The notes beneath the pieces are model-generated. The model was not told the origin of the DNA, did no database searches, and saw only the letters and a list, made by a program, of their open reading frames with translations. A DNA stretch of 64,000 nt from Octopus vulgaris (taxonomy: Eukaryota): the NCBI GenBank assembly GCA_951406725.2, contig OX597814.1, positions 178,436,001 through 178,500,000 on the forward strand, given 5' to 3'. Below, piece by piece: positions 13,560 to 27,169 of the stretch. Positions within the stretch are counted from its first letter, which is position 1. The number at the start of each line of letters is the position of its first letter. A program made the translations under genes and the position numbers.

Positions 13560-15163
13560 CAAGTTGTGCAATTCCATTGTACCTTGCTTGTTACAAACTG
13601 CTTCTAGATATAATAATGATTCCAACAATATTTAAAATGGCGCGTCTACTGAAATTACAAAGATGTATTTGTATTTTAAAATACTACTGGATTCTTGAAA
13701 TCAACGGATAACAGCTTTTGTTAGTATTGTCAGAGCCAGTGAAAAGGATAATGGAGAAAGTTATTTGATTGCAGAATTTTTTGCACACAGTTGTAGAAGT
13801 CTGACAACGCCAACGTGTAAAATAATAGTGGGTGATATGTGGATGAGATGCAACAAAAAAATTGAAAATGTTTCACTTTCAAGCAATACAAGTTAGCGTA
13901 TTAATGGCATATCAAATGATACTGAAGAGATTTTGTGTGATAAAGACTAAAAAAGATGAAAAAATTCTATCGATGATGAAGATTCAACAGATAAATGTCA
14001 TTCTGGAGCTTTTTTTTTAGAATTTGTCAATGAGGATAAAGTTTGATGAATTCTTTTTTTTTTATTATTACAAAGACTTGCATTGCTCGTGTCGAGTAAA
14101 AGAAAATGTATTTTCAATATTTCCACCTCATACTTGGAAACGAGAAAAAGTACACTTTCATATATCTGGAAACGCGATAAAGTATTACTATGGCCCCAAA
14201 ATTAATAGTAGGTACCGTAAGAGGTCTATTTTCCATTTAAAGTATAGAATGCAGATACTGTCTAGACATATTGCTTTCTTCACAGAGAAGTATTGATTCT
14301 TAAATCTTTTGGAGATGAATTTAAACATATATTCTATAGCGCTACAAAAATGGTCAGTTTATTAAAGAAAAGTTTACTCATGACTGTTTTAAAATCTGCG
14401 TGAAATCCCTTGCAATGTACTGGAAACTGATGTCTGACTGGAAACTGAATTCTGAATAAGGCGAGTAAGCTGAAGGATTTCAGGAATACTTACATAAAAC
14501 AGGAAGCCGAAGTTAACCAAGTCCTTTGAAGATGAAAAAAGTTACAGAGGGTTGCATACTGAGTTGTTTCTTATCACAAGAATCTGCTGCAAAATGTATT
14601 CCAATGCCTTAAAGATAATGTATTGAAATCAAGTAACTAGATTTGGGAGTTGAATGATGACTAATCTTTTAAAGAAAGCACAATATAAAAGAAAATATTG
14701 AAAAGTTTTAACTAATTCTAATGAGGATTAAAAGTGCAGAAATTTATTTAATTCAAATTGTATTGAAACTCACTCGGGAGAATTTTTGATCAAATCTGAA
14801 CATTATTTCCTTGTTCTCACCAGAAGTGTATGAACTAGTGAACTATATATCTACTCTTGCTTAAAATATGAATTTAAGTGAACAGGTAGAAAGTTTTGTA
14901 CTGCAATGTGATTCTACAAGATTCTACTCAACAAGTTTGGGATTTCTGTAAGAGAAAATGTCATTCATTTAGTCATTCATAAAATGTTAATGAATATATT
15001 GCTATAGTTTCAGTTCCTTCAATCTGCGCAAAAGCCTTAAGTTAATTAAGAAGTAATGGGAGCAAATACTGAAACAATCTTTTAGATGAAATCCGTGTGA
15101 GTTTACCTAAACTTCAACTCCAACTTTAGTTTGTACGAAAACACAAGTACATTTTCTCATTAA
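13560..15163 (+). mobile_element. Highly decayed hAT (Charlie/Buster-like) transposase
   Basis: Motifs in order: SIDDEDSTD (~13966, DESTD), ITMAPK..VG (~14185, TDGAPxMxG), CFLSQESAAK (~14565, HCxxHQExL), and terminal QVH..SH* across a one-base shift at 15144-15163. Confidence 0.6.
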
Positions 15164-15240
15164 AAATGAAAGTTTGATTATATGAATTGGCTTCAAAAAT
15201 AGTATTGCCTTGACCGTCATGTCAAATCACCTATTAAAAA

Positions 15241-15862
15241 AAGGCGGCGAGCTGGCAGAAACGTTAGCACGCCGGGCAAAATGCTTAGCGGTATTTCGTC
15301 TGCCGCTACGTTCTGAGTTCAAATTCCGCTGTTGTCGACTTTGCCTTTCATCCTTTCGGGGTCGATAAATTAAGTACCAGTTACTCACTGGAGTTGAATT
15401 AATCGACTCAATCCGTTTGTCTGTCCTTGTTTGTTCCCTCTGTGTTTAGCCCATTATGGGTAGTGAAGAAATTGGTATTAGCGCTACCTTCTGAGTTCAA
15501 ATTCCGCCGAAGTCAACTTTGCCTTTCATCCTTTCGGGGTCGATAAATTAAGTGCCAGCTGAGTCCTGAGATCGATGTGATCGACTAGTCTCCCACCCCC
15601 ACAAAATCCATAACCACGTGCCTAATCCGGAAATAATTATTTTTATTAAGGTGGTGAGCTGGTAGAATAATTAGCGCACCGAGCGAAATGCTTAGCGGCA
15701 TTTTGTCCGTCGCTGCGTTCTGAGTTCAAATTCCGCCGAGGTCGACTTTGGCTTTTATCTTTTCGAGGTCCATAAATTAAGTACCAATGAAACACTAAGT
15801 TCGATGTAATCGAATGGTTCCCTCCCCACAAAATTTCAGGCCTTGTGCCTCCAGTAGCAAGG

Positions 15863-15909
<47 letters not shown>

Positions 15910-15942
15910 AGTAGCGAGCTGGCAGAATCGTTAGCACGCCGG
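15241..15942 (+). mobile_element. Head-to-tail cluster of four family-M SINE units
   Basis: Units at about 15241-15478, 15480-15640, 15647-15865, and a head-only unit at 15908-15942 after (ATT)n. Confidence 0.9.
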
Positions 15943-16699
15943 ACATAGAAAGTAAGAGGTTTGCAAGAACGAAGATGAATAAAACGCATTATTTGATAAT
16001 ATTTATTATTAATAATAACCTGCAGCATAATAAGTGTCTCAAGTGCCGAGCACAAAATACTCAGTTCCTAGTCTTGAGCTTGATATAGAGTTTCGTAAAA
16101 AAGTTGTTATAATATAGCACGTTTGTCATGATATTAAATTGCAATGTCTTACATCCTACTCGTCGTTGCATATTGACAGATTGTATAAAAAATATTTACA
16201 TTATTGTATAACAAGGAATTCACTAGAAAATAGATTATCAAAAAACAAGAGAATGTGCTGGCAGCTTTCTCCGTTGCAGCAGACGACTTGTGATATTCTT
16301 GCATGTGCTGTTTTCTAGTCCTCCTGTTGAATCCTGTAACATTTGAATTTAACTCAAGCATAAATGATTCTCTTAAAGGGTAGCAATCACCAGTTGTTTA
16401 ATAGGTGTTATAACGAAAATACATATCTGGTACATAACACTGAATGCTTAGAAATGTATTTGTTTTAAATTTGCGATAATGAAACAGGATCTTTAAAAAC
16501 TGCTCAATGTACAGTCTTAGAGTCGTGTCTTGTACACCAAGGACACTCAGTCATACAATTTGTTATTTTCGATTAGACATTACTCGACTAGACCTGGAAC
16601 ACATGAAGATAGTATTAAATTCCGGAGACTTTTTAAATTAATCGGTGCGTAAGTGGCACAGAAGTTCATATCCATGAACTTTACGAGAATTTACAAGGC

Positions 16700-17100
16700 A
16701 GACCCACTTTCAATGTCATTAGGATTCACATTTATTCGCTTCTTAGTAAATAATCCCAATTTACAATTGATAGGGTGTCGATCGACACAGCTGAATGCTT
16801 GCTCCAAATATTTACTATATGAATAAGTTTCGGATGATTCATTCTATACCCAAAGTAATATGTTACTTTTCCAGCCATTTCCTATATGATAAGAGCACTA
16901 TGTTTTCACTATAATAAGGCCACCCCCATCTCCCTGGAGGTTAAACATTTTTATTGCTGTAGGAAATGACACCGTTCGCTTGAGAGAAAAATACATGGAG
17001 ATATACAAAGTAGTAAGACTATAGCGGCAAAATCCCGAGCTTTTAAAACACATTAGTAATCATATACCAAGTTGAGGCTATTTGATAAATGTATATTTGG
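16700..17100 (-). pseudogene. Possible LINE RT relic
   Basis: Minus-strand ...NGVIS.....LQGD... near 16920-16985 resembles the VNG..S..F....GL.QGD RT motif; little else is recognisable. Confidence 0.25.
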
Positions 17101-17929
17101 TTTGATAAATACATATAAGCAAGGAGACAGAGGAATTAGGAATATTCAAGTAGTGTGAAAACAAAATTAACAACTATTAAAGCGTATGATACTTATGTCC
17201 AATGTTAACGCTGATGAAATAATAAATATATCATATATCAATGGATAAAAACCAATTAACACAATTCAAATACATAAAAATATTTATTGATATTATAAAT
17301 ATTTTATGCTTGGTAAATCACTTAAAATTTAGTAAATATATTTTCAGTAAATCGGAAGACACGTTCAGAAGTGTATCAAACTGAATTGACGTGGTGTCTA
17401 GTGAATATATTAGTAGTAAACAACATGAAACACCCGGGAGTGTAGCAACTAATGGTTGATATACTTGTTGCGAATGTATGTTAGAAGCAAATAACTGTAA
17501 ACAGCAACATTACTAACAACAGCTACGATAGCAACAACAGTTTCAAGGGCAATAACTACTATAACAGAACTGATGCATTTTCCCGTAACAGCAGAAACCA
17601 TTTCTATGGTAACGGTGTCAGGAAAGCAACAAAAAGAGCGATAAAAGCCCCAACCTCGTCAACAAAAATCGCAAATGAAAGCAGTTTTTTTGTAGACAAC
17701 AACATCAACACGAGTATACAAAGACAGAAAGAAGAATAATGACTGAAACAATATCAGAACATGAATAGCATTCGTTGTTATGTAATGAAAGAAAGAAGAT
17801 ATAATTCAATTCCCACACCACCACCACCACTGCTATCATCGCCACAAGCACCAGCACCAACACCAACAACAGCAACAACAACAGCAAATACAAAAACAAA
17901 AAAATGCTTCTGAAATTGCAGGAACGAAG

Positions 17930-19040
17930 GACCGGGTACGTAGTGTCTCAACCTGTTAGCAATAGCAACTAAATTCCCCCTACATCAGACCTTTTAGTTT
18001 TAACGAAATAATAATAATGCATAATAGAATGGTGGGATGACCATGGCTGGAATGCCTTTGGAATGCCTTTACGCATAGATTAGAGTATGGATGGGGAGGA
18101 GTAAACAACAAAACACCATAAGCCGCAACACCAACAACATCCACATCATGTTTCACGAAAACAAAGACTTCACTTTTTACAAAATATGATTTGCAGCAGA
18201 GACTGCTGTAAAAGCAGCGTTTGCAGTAGATATAGCAGCAGAAGCGATATCAGCAGCAGCAGCAGTAGCAGCACAAGTAGTTGCTATATCAGTCTATCAG
18301 ATATGTATCAAAATGAAATTATGATATATAACTATAAAAATTACCACCTTCCAATATAATGCTCTCTAATAGTGTTACCACCATTGCCATAGAGACATGT
18401 CTGTCTTCCACTTCAATTAGCGGAAAGGTAGTCGATCCAACAAAAGAATCTCTAAACACGGTCGTTCAGCTTACTCGATGTAGAAATTGACATTTCTTAT
18501 AAAATATATTCAAACATTTTTAGACAAATAAACAAAGAAGAAAATGGAAGAAAATATACGAAATCCAGAATCTGGTGAATCGGATATTATAAGTAATCCA
18601 AGGAAACACACAATAAATGCAAATGAATGTGATATCAAAAGAAAGGATTTTCAGATTCTGGGTTTCATATTCAGAAAAAAAAAAATCAAGGATTAATGTG
18701 ATAATATGGTTTTCAGTATGTAGTTGTAAGCATAACATAAAATAAGGGGTGGATCAACGCTTGATCTTATTACAAGCTGTTTTCTCAGAAAAAAATCCAA
18801 GATTAAACAACGACTTCTACTGCATATTACAGTAACAAATATTTACACAGCCTGACAATTGGCTAGAAATAGCAGTTAATTTCTTCTCAGATTTAAATAT
18901 TGTACTATCTTAAAACTAATTATGCTGTTTTCTAAATGTGTAATATCTGAATATAACAATGGTTTGACCAATACTGTAACACCTTTCGTCACAAATCAAT
19001 GGTCTTTTCGATCAGAGATGACCTAGAACGAAAAACAACA
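17930..19040 (+). mobile_element. Old fragments of a fourth SINE-like family (family D)
   Basis: Recurring segments (CT/TT)AG(A/C)AATAGCA..TAA.T...ATGGCTGGAATGCCTTT...GATCAG.G.TGACCT at ~17950, ~18470 and ~18860. Related pieces at ~20790 and ~39730. Confidence 0.45.
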
Positions 19041-19247
19041 GCAGAATCAAAAAGTGCAATAATGGAGGGAATCAATATGCTTAATGTGCTTAATACTTTG
19101 AGACAACTCACGGAGTAATATGAAGAAAATTTGGCTGGTATTGCTCACAGGGTTAACGAAAGCAATGACTCTCTCTCTCATTGTATTAAATTTGATCGAG
19201 GTGACTAGCATATGACAACAGCATGAACGGCCCCGTTAATTACCATC

Positions 19248-19422
19248 TGTTTCTTTATTACCCACAAGGGGCTAAACATAGAGGAGACAAACCTTAATTT
19301 ATCGACCCCGAAAGGATAAAAGGCAAAGTCGACCTCGGCGGAATTTGAACTCAGAACGCAGATGAAATACGGCTACGCATTTCGCCCGGCGTGCTAACGG
19401 TTCTGCCAGCTCGCCGCCTTCA
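19248..19422 (-). mobile_element. Family-M SINE, internally deleted, with TSD
   Basis: Reverse complement matches the 15241 unit. 16-bp TSD CCCGTTAA(T/C)TACCATC at 19232-19247 and 19423-19438. Confidence 0.9.
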
Positions 19423-19979
19423 CCCGTTAACTACCATCATCAACACTACAGTACTAACAAATTTTACTGGAAACAACTATATTTGATATTCACCTTCTGC
19501 TACTGATCATTCTTATAGGAAATTCATTCAATAATAAAGTGACTTTCAAGCGTTAAGTAGAAATCAATACGTAAGACGCAGATAAATATTTGGTGGAAAA
19601 ATAATAATCAAGTTCCAATTATTTGTTTACGAGGACAGGTATTTAAGGAAACAGGTAGAACAAATGAATGAGCAAAAGAGGAAGTGCGAAAAGAAATAAT
19701 GGATATAGGCTGCATTCCAAATCTTTTACAAGTCAAGTAAATAAGAAGAAATATAATTAGTCAAGTGTGAAAAAGAGTATCGGGAATAATCAAGAAATAA
19801 ACTAGCAGCTTGATCTATCAACGTATAAAGCAGAAAGTGTGTTTATATAAGTATTTATTGGCTACGAACACGCTATATTCCTTTCTACAAAATTCTATGA
19901 CGAATCGACAGGACACAACCACCATTATGTTCTTGAGGAGACTATTCAGAAAATTTGTGGCATTATGAAATTACCATTC

Positions 19980-20182
19980 AAGACGCCGATCTGGCAGAAT
20001 TGTTAGCAAGTCGGGCGAAATGCTTGGTGGGATTTCGTCCGTTATTACGTTCAAGTTCAACTGTTGCGAGGTCGAATTTGCCTTTCGTCCTTTCGGGTTC
20101 AATGTCGAGTACTGGAGTCGATGTAGTCGACTATCCTCCTTTCCCAAATTTCATGCCTTGTGTCTATAGTAGAAAGGATTAC
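19980..20182 (+). mobile_element. Family-M SINE, diverged
   Basis: Head, core and AGAAAGGATTA tail are recognisable; flanked by AAATTA(C/T)CATTC. Confidence 0.75.
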
Positions 20183-22699
20183 TAAATTATCATTCTGAAT
20201 GTGAGGATGTTTTAATAATGGTCTGTAAGTGTCTATCAATGTTTGTGGTGCAATTTATTTTCAACGAACCGCCAACTATCAGTTCTTTCAATTGATGTAG
20301 TATACAAAATATTTAACAACGACGGCATTTAATTGACTTATGTTTACTTCTTTCTTTACATTGTGTGTTTTTGTTTTACCTTATAATTTTGTCCAAGTGC
20401 CGTTATTACATTTCTTACTCTGTCATGGTTTACCAGCTTTATACGTAGGTTTGAACTGATTGAATACATGAATAAATTAGAATCGTTTGTTTTGAGTTTG
20501 CTTTGTCAGAGATAAATCTGCTTCTGGTAAGTTCATCGTCTTGAATAAGCAGTTTTCCTCGAAATTCCTTAAATTCAAATTCAAATTTTTAGTTCTGCCT
20601 CATGTTCAAATATAAACACGTGTACTTAATGAATACGTTTTCCTGAAATGCCGCTAACTGTTCTACATTTGAGTTGGTCAACCCGTTTGAGATTACATGT
20701 TACACTAAGAGAAAATTGTAAAGAAAAAAAAACACATTGTATTAGGCTTTATCTACATGTGCCATCTGGAGCTTCTACTTGGTTACTAGAATTTCTAGAA
20801 ATAACGACCAAATATTCTGAAATTATACTAAAAAGTTTTAGAGTTCATTAAGTCATGCAATACCCCTAAAAAGAGCAAATGTTAACACCTGAGAGATGTT
20901 AGTCATTGAAAAATATCCACATCCTTTAATATCTTTACATTGGGCTGAGGAAAATTATATTTGTTGAATAAACATTCAAATATACATAGAAAAAACCGCA
21001 AAAGTCGAGCTAGAAAAATATAATTTGGAAAACAAACATTTATTTAATCTATAAAGCTCAAACAACCAAGCTTTCTAAACCGTTTTTCTTAAGTATGTTT
21101 CCTTCCTATTTGACAATCGACTTTGGAATCTGAATACCCCACAACCAAACTCCACCACATAGCTTGTATATCAAAATCCTATTTTGACAACATTATAATC
21201 CCATTAAACACAATACAAACAGATGCGCATAAAAGCGGTACGATTTAACATCTGTACTAAACAAATCTCACACCTTTCAATGCACATTAAAAACAACGGC
21301 AATAAGAGCCAACACGGCATTACAGTGTAGATCACACTTAATAAAGTCACAATCAGAACAGATAAAAAGAAATAAACTCTAGTAAACATCTAGTAAAATG
21401 AGTAAATATCTTCTACAAATCACAGAGGACATAAAATCAAACTAAATCAAACCAAATCACCAAAACTAATAAATGAACTCCAGAACAGAATAAAATATCA
21501 AGTAAAAATAAGGAAAGCGCTTTTCTAGTTGATAAGAATCCCTTTTAATATATTTTAATATATTCTTGACTATAAGATTTCTAATAGTCTGAGAATGCCA
21601 CACTACAGCAATTTACAAGCTACATAATATAGTGCTAGCCGCATCATGACAGAAGGAAAACCAAAATATAGAGTTTAAGAGAGCATCTAATTATGTGATG
21701 CATAGAAAGACATAGATACAATCGGTTCAAAAGTGCACATAACCTGATATTATATGTGACGAGTGTCGAACACCTAGACGTATTGATTTCAAACACATAT
21801 GAAAGAGAACATGAAACACTTAGGTATATTAATAACATATCATGACATTAATACAGCTAATACTACTGGGCATCATTTGATATTGGATACATCTGATATA
21901 TTAAATATATTTGATATGTTTCTGTGTATCGAACTTAAATCGTCTCATCAGTATTTAAGCTATAACCATCTCATCATATTTTGTGATATATTATATTCAG
22001 AATTACACCATCAAATATATTCATTGTTTTAAAGACATAAGTGTAAGATTTGTATGTTAAATCTTGGCAGGTCGATCGACTGCGTAAAATCTGCGTCTAG
22101 TGTATTTAGAACAAAGGACATGTGAGTTGCGCATCGTCGCTGAACCATCCACTTTCCTCGTTCGTTTCTGACCTGGATCAATACTGCAATAGCGCATTTA
22201 ACATATATACAGTAAATTAAGCTACAAATTATATTTTCTTTCGTTGTTCAAAACGGATAAGAGCTCTTGCGTTGATAAATCACAGAGACCCACTTTTCCA
22301 AGCGCAAACCAGGTTTAACTTATTAATTTGAATTGCAGTAATGTATAAAATGTCAGAACAAAAGAAAATGAGATAAAGAAGTCAAAGATCTGGAACATCC
22401 TGCAACAGAAACACTGATGCAGCAACATGAAATACTGCTGGAATTTTCATAATAACTTCTATAAAAATAGGTTACGTCTTTTGGAGTAAAACATACATGG
22501 AACTTTCTCTAACTCACATTGAATTAATAAGGCGAGGCAGAATATGTTATTTAAAAACTGCATTATTAGATGAGTATTTATTATAATTACATCAATAACA
22601 ACTGCTATATATATATAATATAATATGTCAATAATAGCAGTTTAAAATATTTATCAAACCTTTCGCAGTTGCAGAATCACTAGATTAGGGGTCAAAATA

Positions 22700-23070
22700 A
22701 TGTACGCTACTTGTTGTAGCTCTTACTGTTTAGAATTAAATCCAACCAAGGGTAACTTCAGTTTGTGCCCTTCTGGCGCCGATAAAATAAAGTAACTGTC
22801 AATTACTGGGGTCGATGTAATCGACTAAGCGTTCCCCCAAAAATATGTTGGCCTTGAACTTATTTTAAAAATAATAAACTGGAAGAATCATTAGAGCGTT
22901 AATTCTTTAGGTCCAGTCTTAGACATTCCGAGTTGAAATTTCATTGCGGAACACGGAACACTTCGTATATCATTCTTCCGAGATCGATAAAATAAAGGGC
23001 CAGGCAAGTACAAGTGTCGTTGTAAGTGACTAACCCCATAGCCAACAATACTAGTACTGCGACTATTTGA
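22700..23070 (+). mobile_element. Two old tandem family-M SINEs
   Basis: CGATAAAATAAAG...CTGGGGTCGATGTAATCGACTAA core repeated twice with divergence. Confidence 0.6.
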
Positions 23071-23742
23071 AAACTTATCCTTGTTCCGTCTCAGAAGAAA
23101 TAAAAATTGTGACGATTTACAATGGAATACGGTGTAGCTGACAGAACAATATCAGTGGAAATACCTAAAACAAATATAGATGCTCGGAAATGAGGGCAAT
23201 AAAGACTAAATTACTGAATATTGCCGGAATATTAGATATGAGGTATTTGATTATTGGAACATGGATTTGTAAGTTTCATGTACTAATCTACGACGAATGA
23301 TTCGCTGTATTAGCTGGAATATATTAACTGCGAAATCTACATTTCTTTCTTTCTTTCCTTCCTTTCTCTCTCTCTCTCTATCATCCTTCTTTCTTTTATT
23401 CCTTCCTGCCTTTCTTCCTTCCTTTTTTCCTTCCTTTCTTCCTGCCTTCCTTCTTTCCTTCATTTATTCATCTCCCCTTCTCCCCTTCTCTCTTTCTTTC
23501 CCTTTCTATCTTTCCCCTGTATCTCTTCCTCTCTCTATCTTTCCCTCTCTCTCTCTCTCTCCCATATTTGTCTATTAGTTTTTTTTTATCGAACTACTAG
23601 TTTTTTCACCCACCGTTTCCTTGATTATTTTGTTTTCGTGTTCACTCTCTTTCTGAATATACATAAACAGAAAAAGAAAGAACATACACACGCACGCACA
23701 CACACACACACGCATGCACGCACACATATATAGACATGTATA

Positions 23743-23895
23743 GGCGCAGGCGTGATTGTGTAGTAAGAAGCTTGTTTCTCAACCACATTGTTCCGGGTAC
23801 AGTCTCTGTGTGGTACTTTGAGCAAACGTCTTCTGCCATAGCCAACCAAAACCTTCTGAGTAAATTTGGTAGACGGAAACTGAAAGAAGCCTGTC

Positions 23896-23941
<46 letters not shown>

Positions 23942-24145
23942 ATGCATGTTTGTATATATATATATATCACGCGACGTGACCGTGATATATATATATACAC
24001 ACATATATATATATATATGTATATGTATAAATCTATGTGCGTATGTCTTAGCGTCTGTGTTTTCCCCTACCACAGCTTTATAACCGTTGTTGGTGTATTT
24101 ACATCCCATAACTTAGCGTGATACGACCGATAGAAAAATTACTGT
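23743..24145 (+). mobile_element. Family-C (CORE/OR-like) SINE, 3'-incomplete
   Basis: Head GGCGCAGGCGTG, GGTAGACGGAAACTGAAAGAAGCCTGTCG, internal (TA)n(TG)n. Confidence 0.85.
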
Positions 24146-24169
24146 TCATTCAGAATACGCCTTACAAAC

Positions 24170-24559
24170 CCATGCAGCTGTAGATGCCCAGCGTCCTGTC
24201 ATTTGGGTAATTGCTGCCTCACTAAAAAAGTAGTTTATAAGTACACAGTATCAACTAACAAATGCAACTACATTTATATCGGTTTATGTAGTGCGAGCAA
24301 TCACTGTTCTAGCTTCAAATCCCAAACAAAATCTAATAGTACATCGATATCTCAACTTATCAGTAAACTAACGCTTGATTCAACGCCTTACACTCTAAAA
24401 TGGTCCATAGTCACCCATACCAAACCTAACAACAAGTGTGACCTCTGCATAGACGAGGTCATATCTATTTTGCAATCCTTGGACTGTCTCAATGAACGCA
24501 GCAGTATAATATTCACCTGCAAAAATCGGGCACTGAATCTGTTCTCAAAATACAATTAA
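24170..24559 (+). pseudogene. Penelope-like element GIY-YIG endonuclease C-terminal fragment
   Basis: ORF 24203-24559: GNCCLTKKVVYKYTV...YIYIGLC...NH.SSF...NSTSIS...LKWSI...CDLC..E...IL...CLNERS.I...C, a typical PLE endonuclease tail, with small deletions. Confidence 0.8.
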
Positions 24560-24591
24560 TTACAATCCCATCCCGCTCTTGTCACCCTTAA

Positions 24592-24624
<33 letters not shown>

Positions 24625-24627
<3 letters not shown>

Positions 24628-25262
24628 TTAATCCAAACGGGAAACAAAAAAACAACAACAATGGAACAATTACAGTATTATTATTAATAGGCGCTCAGGA
24701 AATGGAAGCAGGGAGGTATGACGTTTCGAGCGGAGCTCTTCGTCGGAAACATAAAGAAGGAAGAGAGAGAAAGAAAGATCCCGGAGCGGGCAACGGAGAT
24801 AGAGAAAAAAACGACTGGTGTTAGGAGTAGCACATGGTGAAAGGCGGATGTTTACGATAACAAGAGCAAAGTGGGTTTTTAAAGGCAAAAGAGTGGAGAC
24901 AAGGTTGGTAACGCAACAGATGTGTGTGTATGTGTGAGTGTGTGCGTGTGCGTGTGTGTATGTGTGTGTGTGAGGCGAGGTAAAAAAACAAAAAATATAT
25001 GTATGTGTTAGTGTGTGCGTCTGTGTGTAGGCGTGTGAGGTAGGGCGAGACGGTGGTCAGCATAGCAGCAGCATAGCAGACAAAGGTCAGTAGTAAGAAA
25101 AGGGAGGAAGGAGGAAGGGAAGGAGGGGAAGGGGTGGGGGCGTATGTAGCGTGCCAGCGTGTGTTGAGTAGTAGTGTGTGTGTGTGTCCAGTGTCGTGGT
25201 AGTATTAGTGGCGAGTAGATTGAATGTGTGTAAGAGTAATGTATATGTTTAAGCAATGTGTG
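24625..25262 (-). mobile_element. Hammerhead-bearing non-coding element, copy B (~640 bp)
   Basis: Reverse complement is collinear with 40135-40860 (e.g. CATT.C..A.A.ATA.ACATTAC.CTTACACACA.TTCAA.T.TACT.GCCAC). 3' end abuts (TA)n at 24597-24624. Confidence 0.75.
24716..24750 (-). ncRNA. Minimal type-I hammerhead ribozyme motif
   Basis: Reverse complement: GTTT-CCGACGA-A-GAGC-TCC-GCTC-GAAA-C-GTC-ATAC. GUC triplet present; U4C core variant. Confidence 0.6.
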
Positions 25263-26112
25263 TATTTCCCCCTATTCCTCCGCCCTCACCACCAATATTT
25301 TTCTCTCCTTTTAATCCCTTGATCATCAATTACAATTATCTCTTCGTATTTTTAGTTATCACCTAAAATATTCTTCTCTCCTTATACTTCTTCTGCCTCC
25401 CCTTCCTAACACCTCCATCCATAAACTCACACATACATATGCCAAATACATATGCTTACAAACACCACCACCATTTCACAATTTTTTTCCTACGATTTTA
25501 TACCTTTCGGCCATAAAAATCCATTCGACTAGAAACACCCATCAGCCATGTTTAAATTCCCCACCCCACCTTGCTTTATACATAGACACTTCCTTCTCCC
25601 TCACGTCCAAAAATATTTCACCACCCTCTATCCTCCAATTTATCTTCTCTTCAAGTGCCAATCCTACTACTCAGTTCTGTGATTAAGCTAAACTATTATA
25701 TTATCTTCTACTGATCTGCCCAACTCCTCCTTCCACTTACTCGCCTATAGTGTATTTTGTTTTTCTCCTATGTTTATCATTATTTTCTTTCTACTTTTTC
25801 TTCCCTTCTTCTAATACTTATTTCTCCCTACATTTATATTTACGTGCCTCCATACATTTAGATGGAATCCTCTTTGCATCAGCAAGAACCTCCTTGCAAC
25901 AATGTAGCCTTTAATCTAAGCAACATAACCTCCACCTAAATAATAGCTAGTGGTATACACCTAGCTTGAATTTTACCACGTCTAAGGATCCACTCGCTGT
26001 GAGACTTATACAGCCTGGATCTTTCCTACTCCATTCCGTGTATATATATAGGACGCCATGATAGATCGTTAGCTTCTACAGGCATTTTTTTCTCTCCTTT
26101 TTTTTTTGTGTA

Positions 26113-26150
26113 TCTTTCTGTCGAAGAGCGTAGGCTCAAAACATAAAAGA
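26113..26150 (+). ncRNA. Minimal hammerhead motif, second subfamily, degenerate (within unit ~26050-26255)
   Basis: TCTTT-CTGTCGA-A-GAGC-GTAG-GCTC-AAAA-CAT-A-AAAGA. Stem I and the stem II loop differ from the other copies but pairing is kept; downstream TTCCTGAGCGC is shared. Confidence 0.5.
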
Positions 26151-26262
26151 CTTTTTTCTATTTCTATTCCTGAGCGCTATACTAATACATTTGTTTGTTT
26201 GTACTCCACCTGCTTTCGTCTTTTGTTTATTTTCGTAAATCTTCCCGTTATATACACACCCT

Positions 26263-26460
26263 TTTACTCTTTTACTTGTTTCACTCATTTTACTGCAGGC
26301 ATGCTGGAGCACTGACACTAGTTGAACAAATCGACTGCAGGACTTATTCTTTGTAAGCCTAGTACTTATTCTATCGGTGTCTTGTGTCGAACTGCTACGG
26401 AGACGTAAACACACCAACATCGGTAGTCAAGCGATGGTGGAGGGCAAAGACACATGTACA
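26263..26460 (-). mobile_element. Family-C SINE 3' half
   Basis: Reverse complement matches 57490-57698. Confidence 0.85.
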
Positions 26461-26664
26461 AATGCATATATATATATTAGGTCATCGAGTATGAAATTTG
26501 TAGTAAGTTATGTGATAAACTTTCACAGCTGCTCATTTTGCGCCATTATATTTTGACAAACTTTACCTTTGTTTTAGAAAGCTGACACATGTATTTCTTT
26601 ATTCTAACTCATTTTTCGCTTTATAAAGTATTTATAAGTCGTTTTTTAATATTTTTGTTTAGAG

Positions 26665-26830
26665 ATGGATAAGTCACAACTCGTCCATGAACCAACCAGA
26701 GATATCCAAATTTTCTTGTTCCTTGTGCTAAGCAGCCATGCTAACACTATTTATAACATGACAGTGGAAAGAACCCTCCTCTCCGATCATGACATAGTAC
26801 TCTGTATCCTCAATCTTCAACATCCAAAAA
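26665..26830 (+). pseudogene. APE endonuclease fragment of a CR1/L2-type LINE
   Basis: QLVHEPTRD..IFLFLVLS.......V....LSDHDIV matches the Q.V.EPTR...LDLV...SDH signature. Confidence 0.7.
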
Positions 26831-26854
26831 TTTGGCATCAGTCACAAAATGCAG

Positions 26855-27145
26855 TGCACCCACACAGCTTCAGACTCAACAAGGAGGCCTACATCAAGTA
26901 ACTGAAGGAGGTAGTGCTGTCTGAGTCAAGGTGACGGATTGAAGACACTATGTCTGGCAACAGGACTCTGCACCATGCCACACAAGCAGGAGAACCCAGT
27001 CATGGCAGTCAGATAATTTCTGCAACCACAACACCCCTAACATCTGACCACCTAACTCTCCTGACTGCAACCCCCTTGACTATAACGAGTGAGATGCAGT
27101 TGAGCGAGAGACCAACAAAACTCCTTGTGCGACTAAAGATGAACC
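26855..27145 (+). mobile_element. Tc1/mariner transposase fragment, same family as 2110-2880
   Basis: YVWQQDSAPCHTSRRTQSWQSDNFC...PNI*PPNSPDCNPLDY; nucleotide similarity to 2400-2690. Confidence 0.85.
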
Positions 27146-27169
27146 GTCGTATATATGTATATACATATA

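Noticed and set aside
15241-15942. Repeat-spacer appearance suggesting a CRISPR-like array
   Set aside because: Units are 160-240-bp SINEs in eukaryotic DNA; no constant short repeat, no unique spacers, no cas genes.
17485-18290. Open N/S/T-rich frame and CAG/CAA runs resembling a low-complexity exon
   Set aside because: Best explained as decayed trinucleotide microsatellite; no domain or clear splice structure.
19600-19900. Possible RTE-like RT tail (similar hints at 43080-43600 and 58700-59050)
   Set aside because: Too decayed to support by eye.
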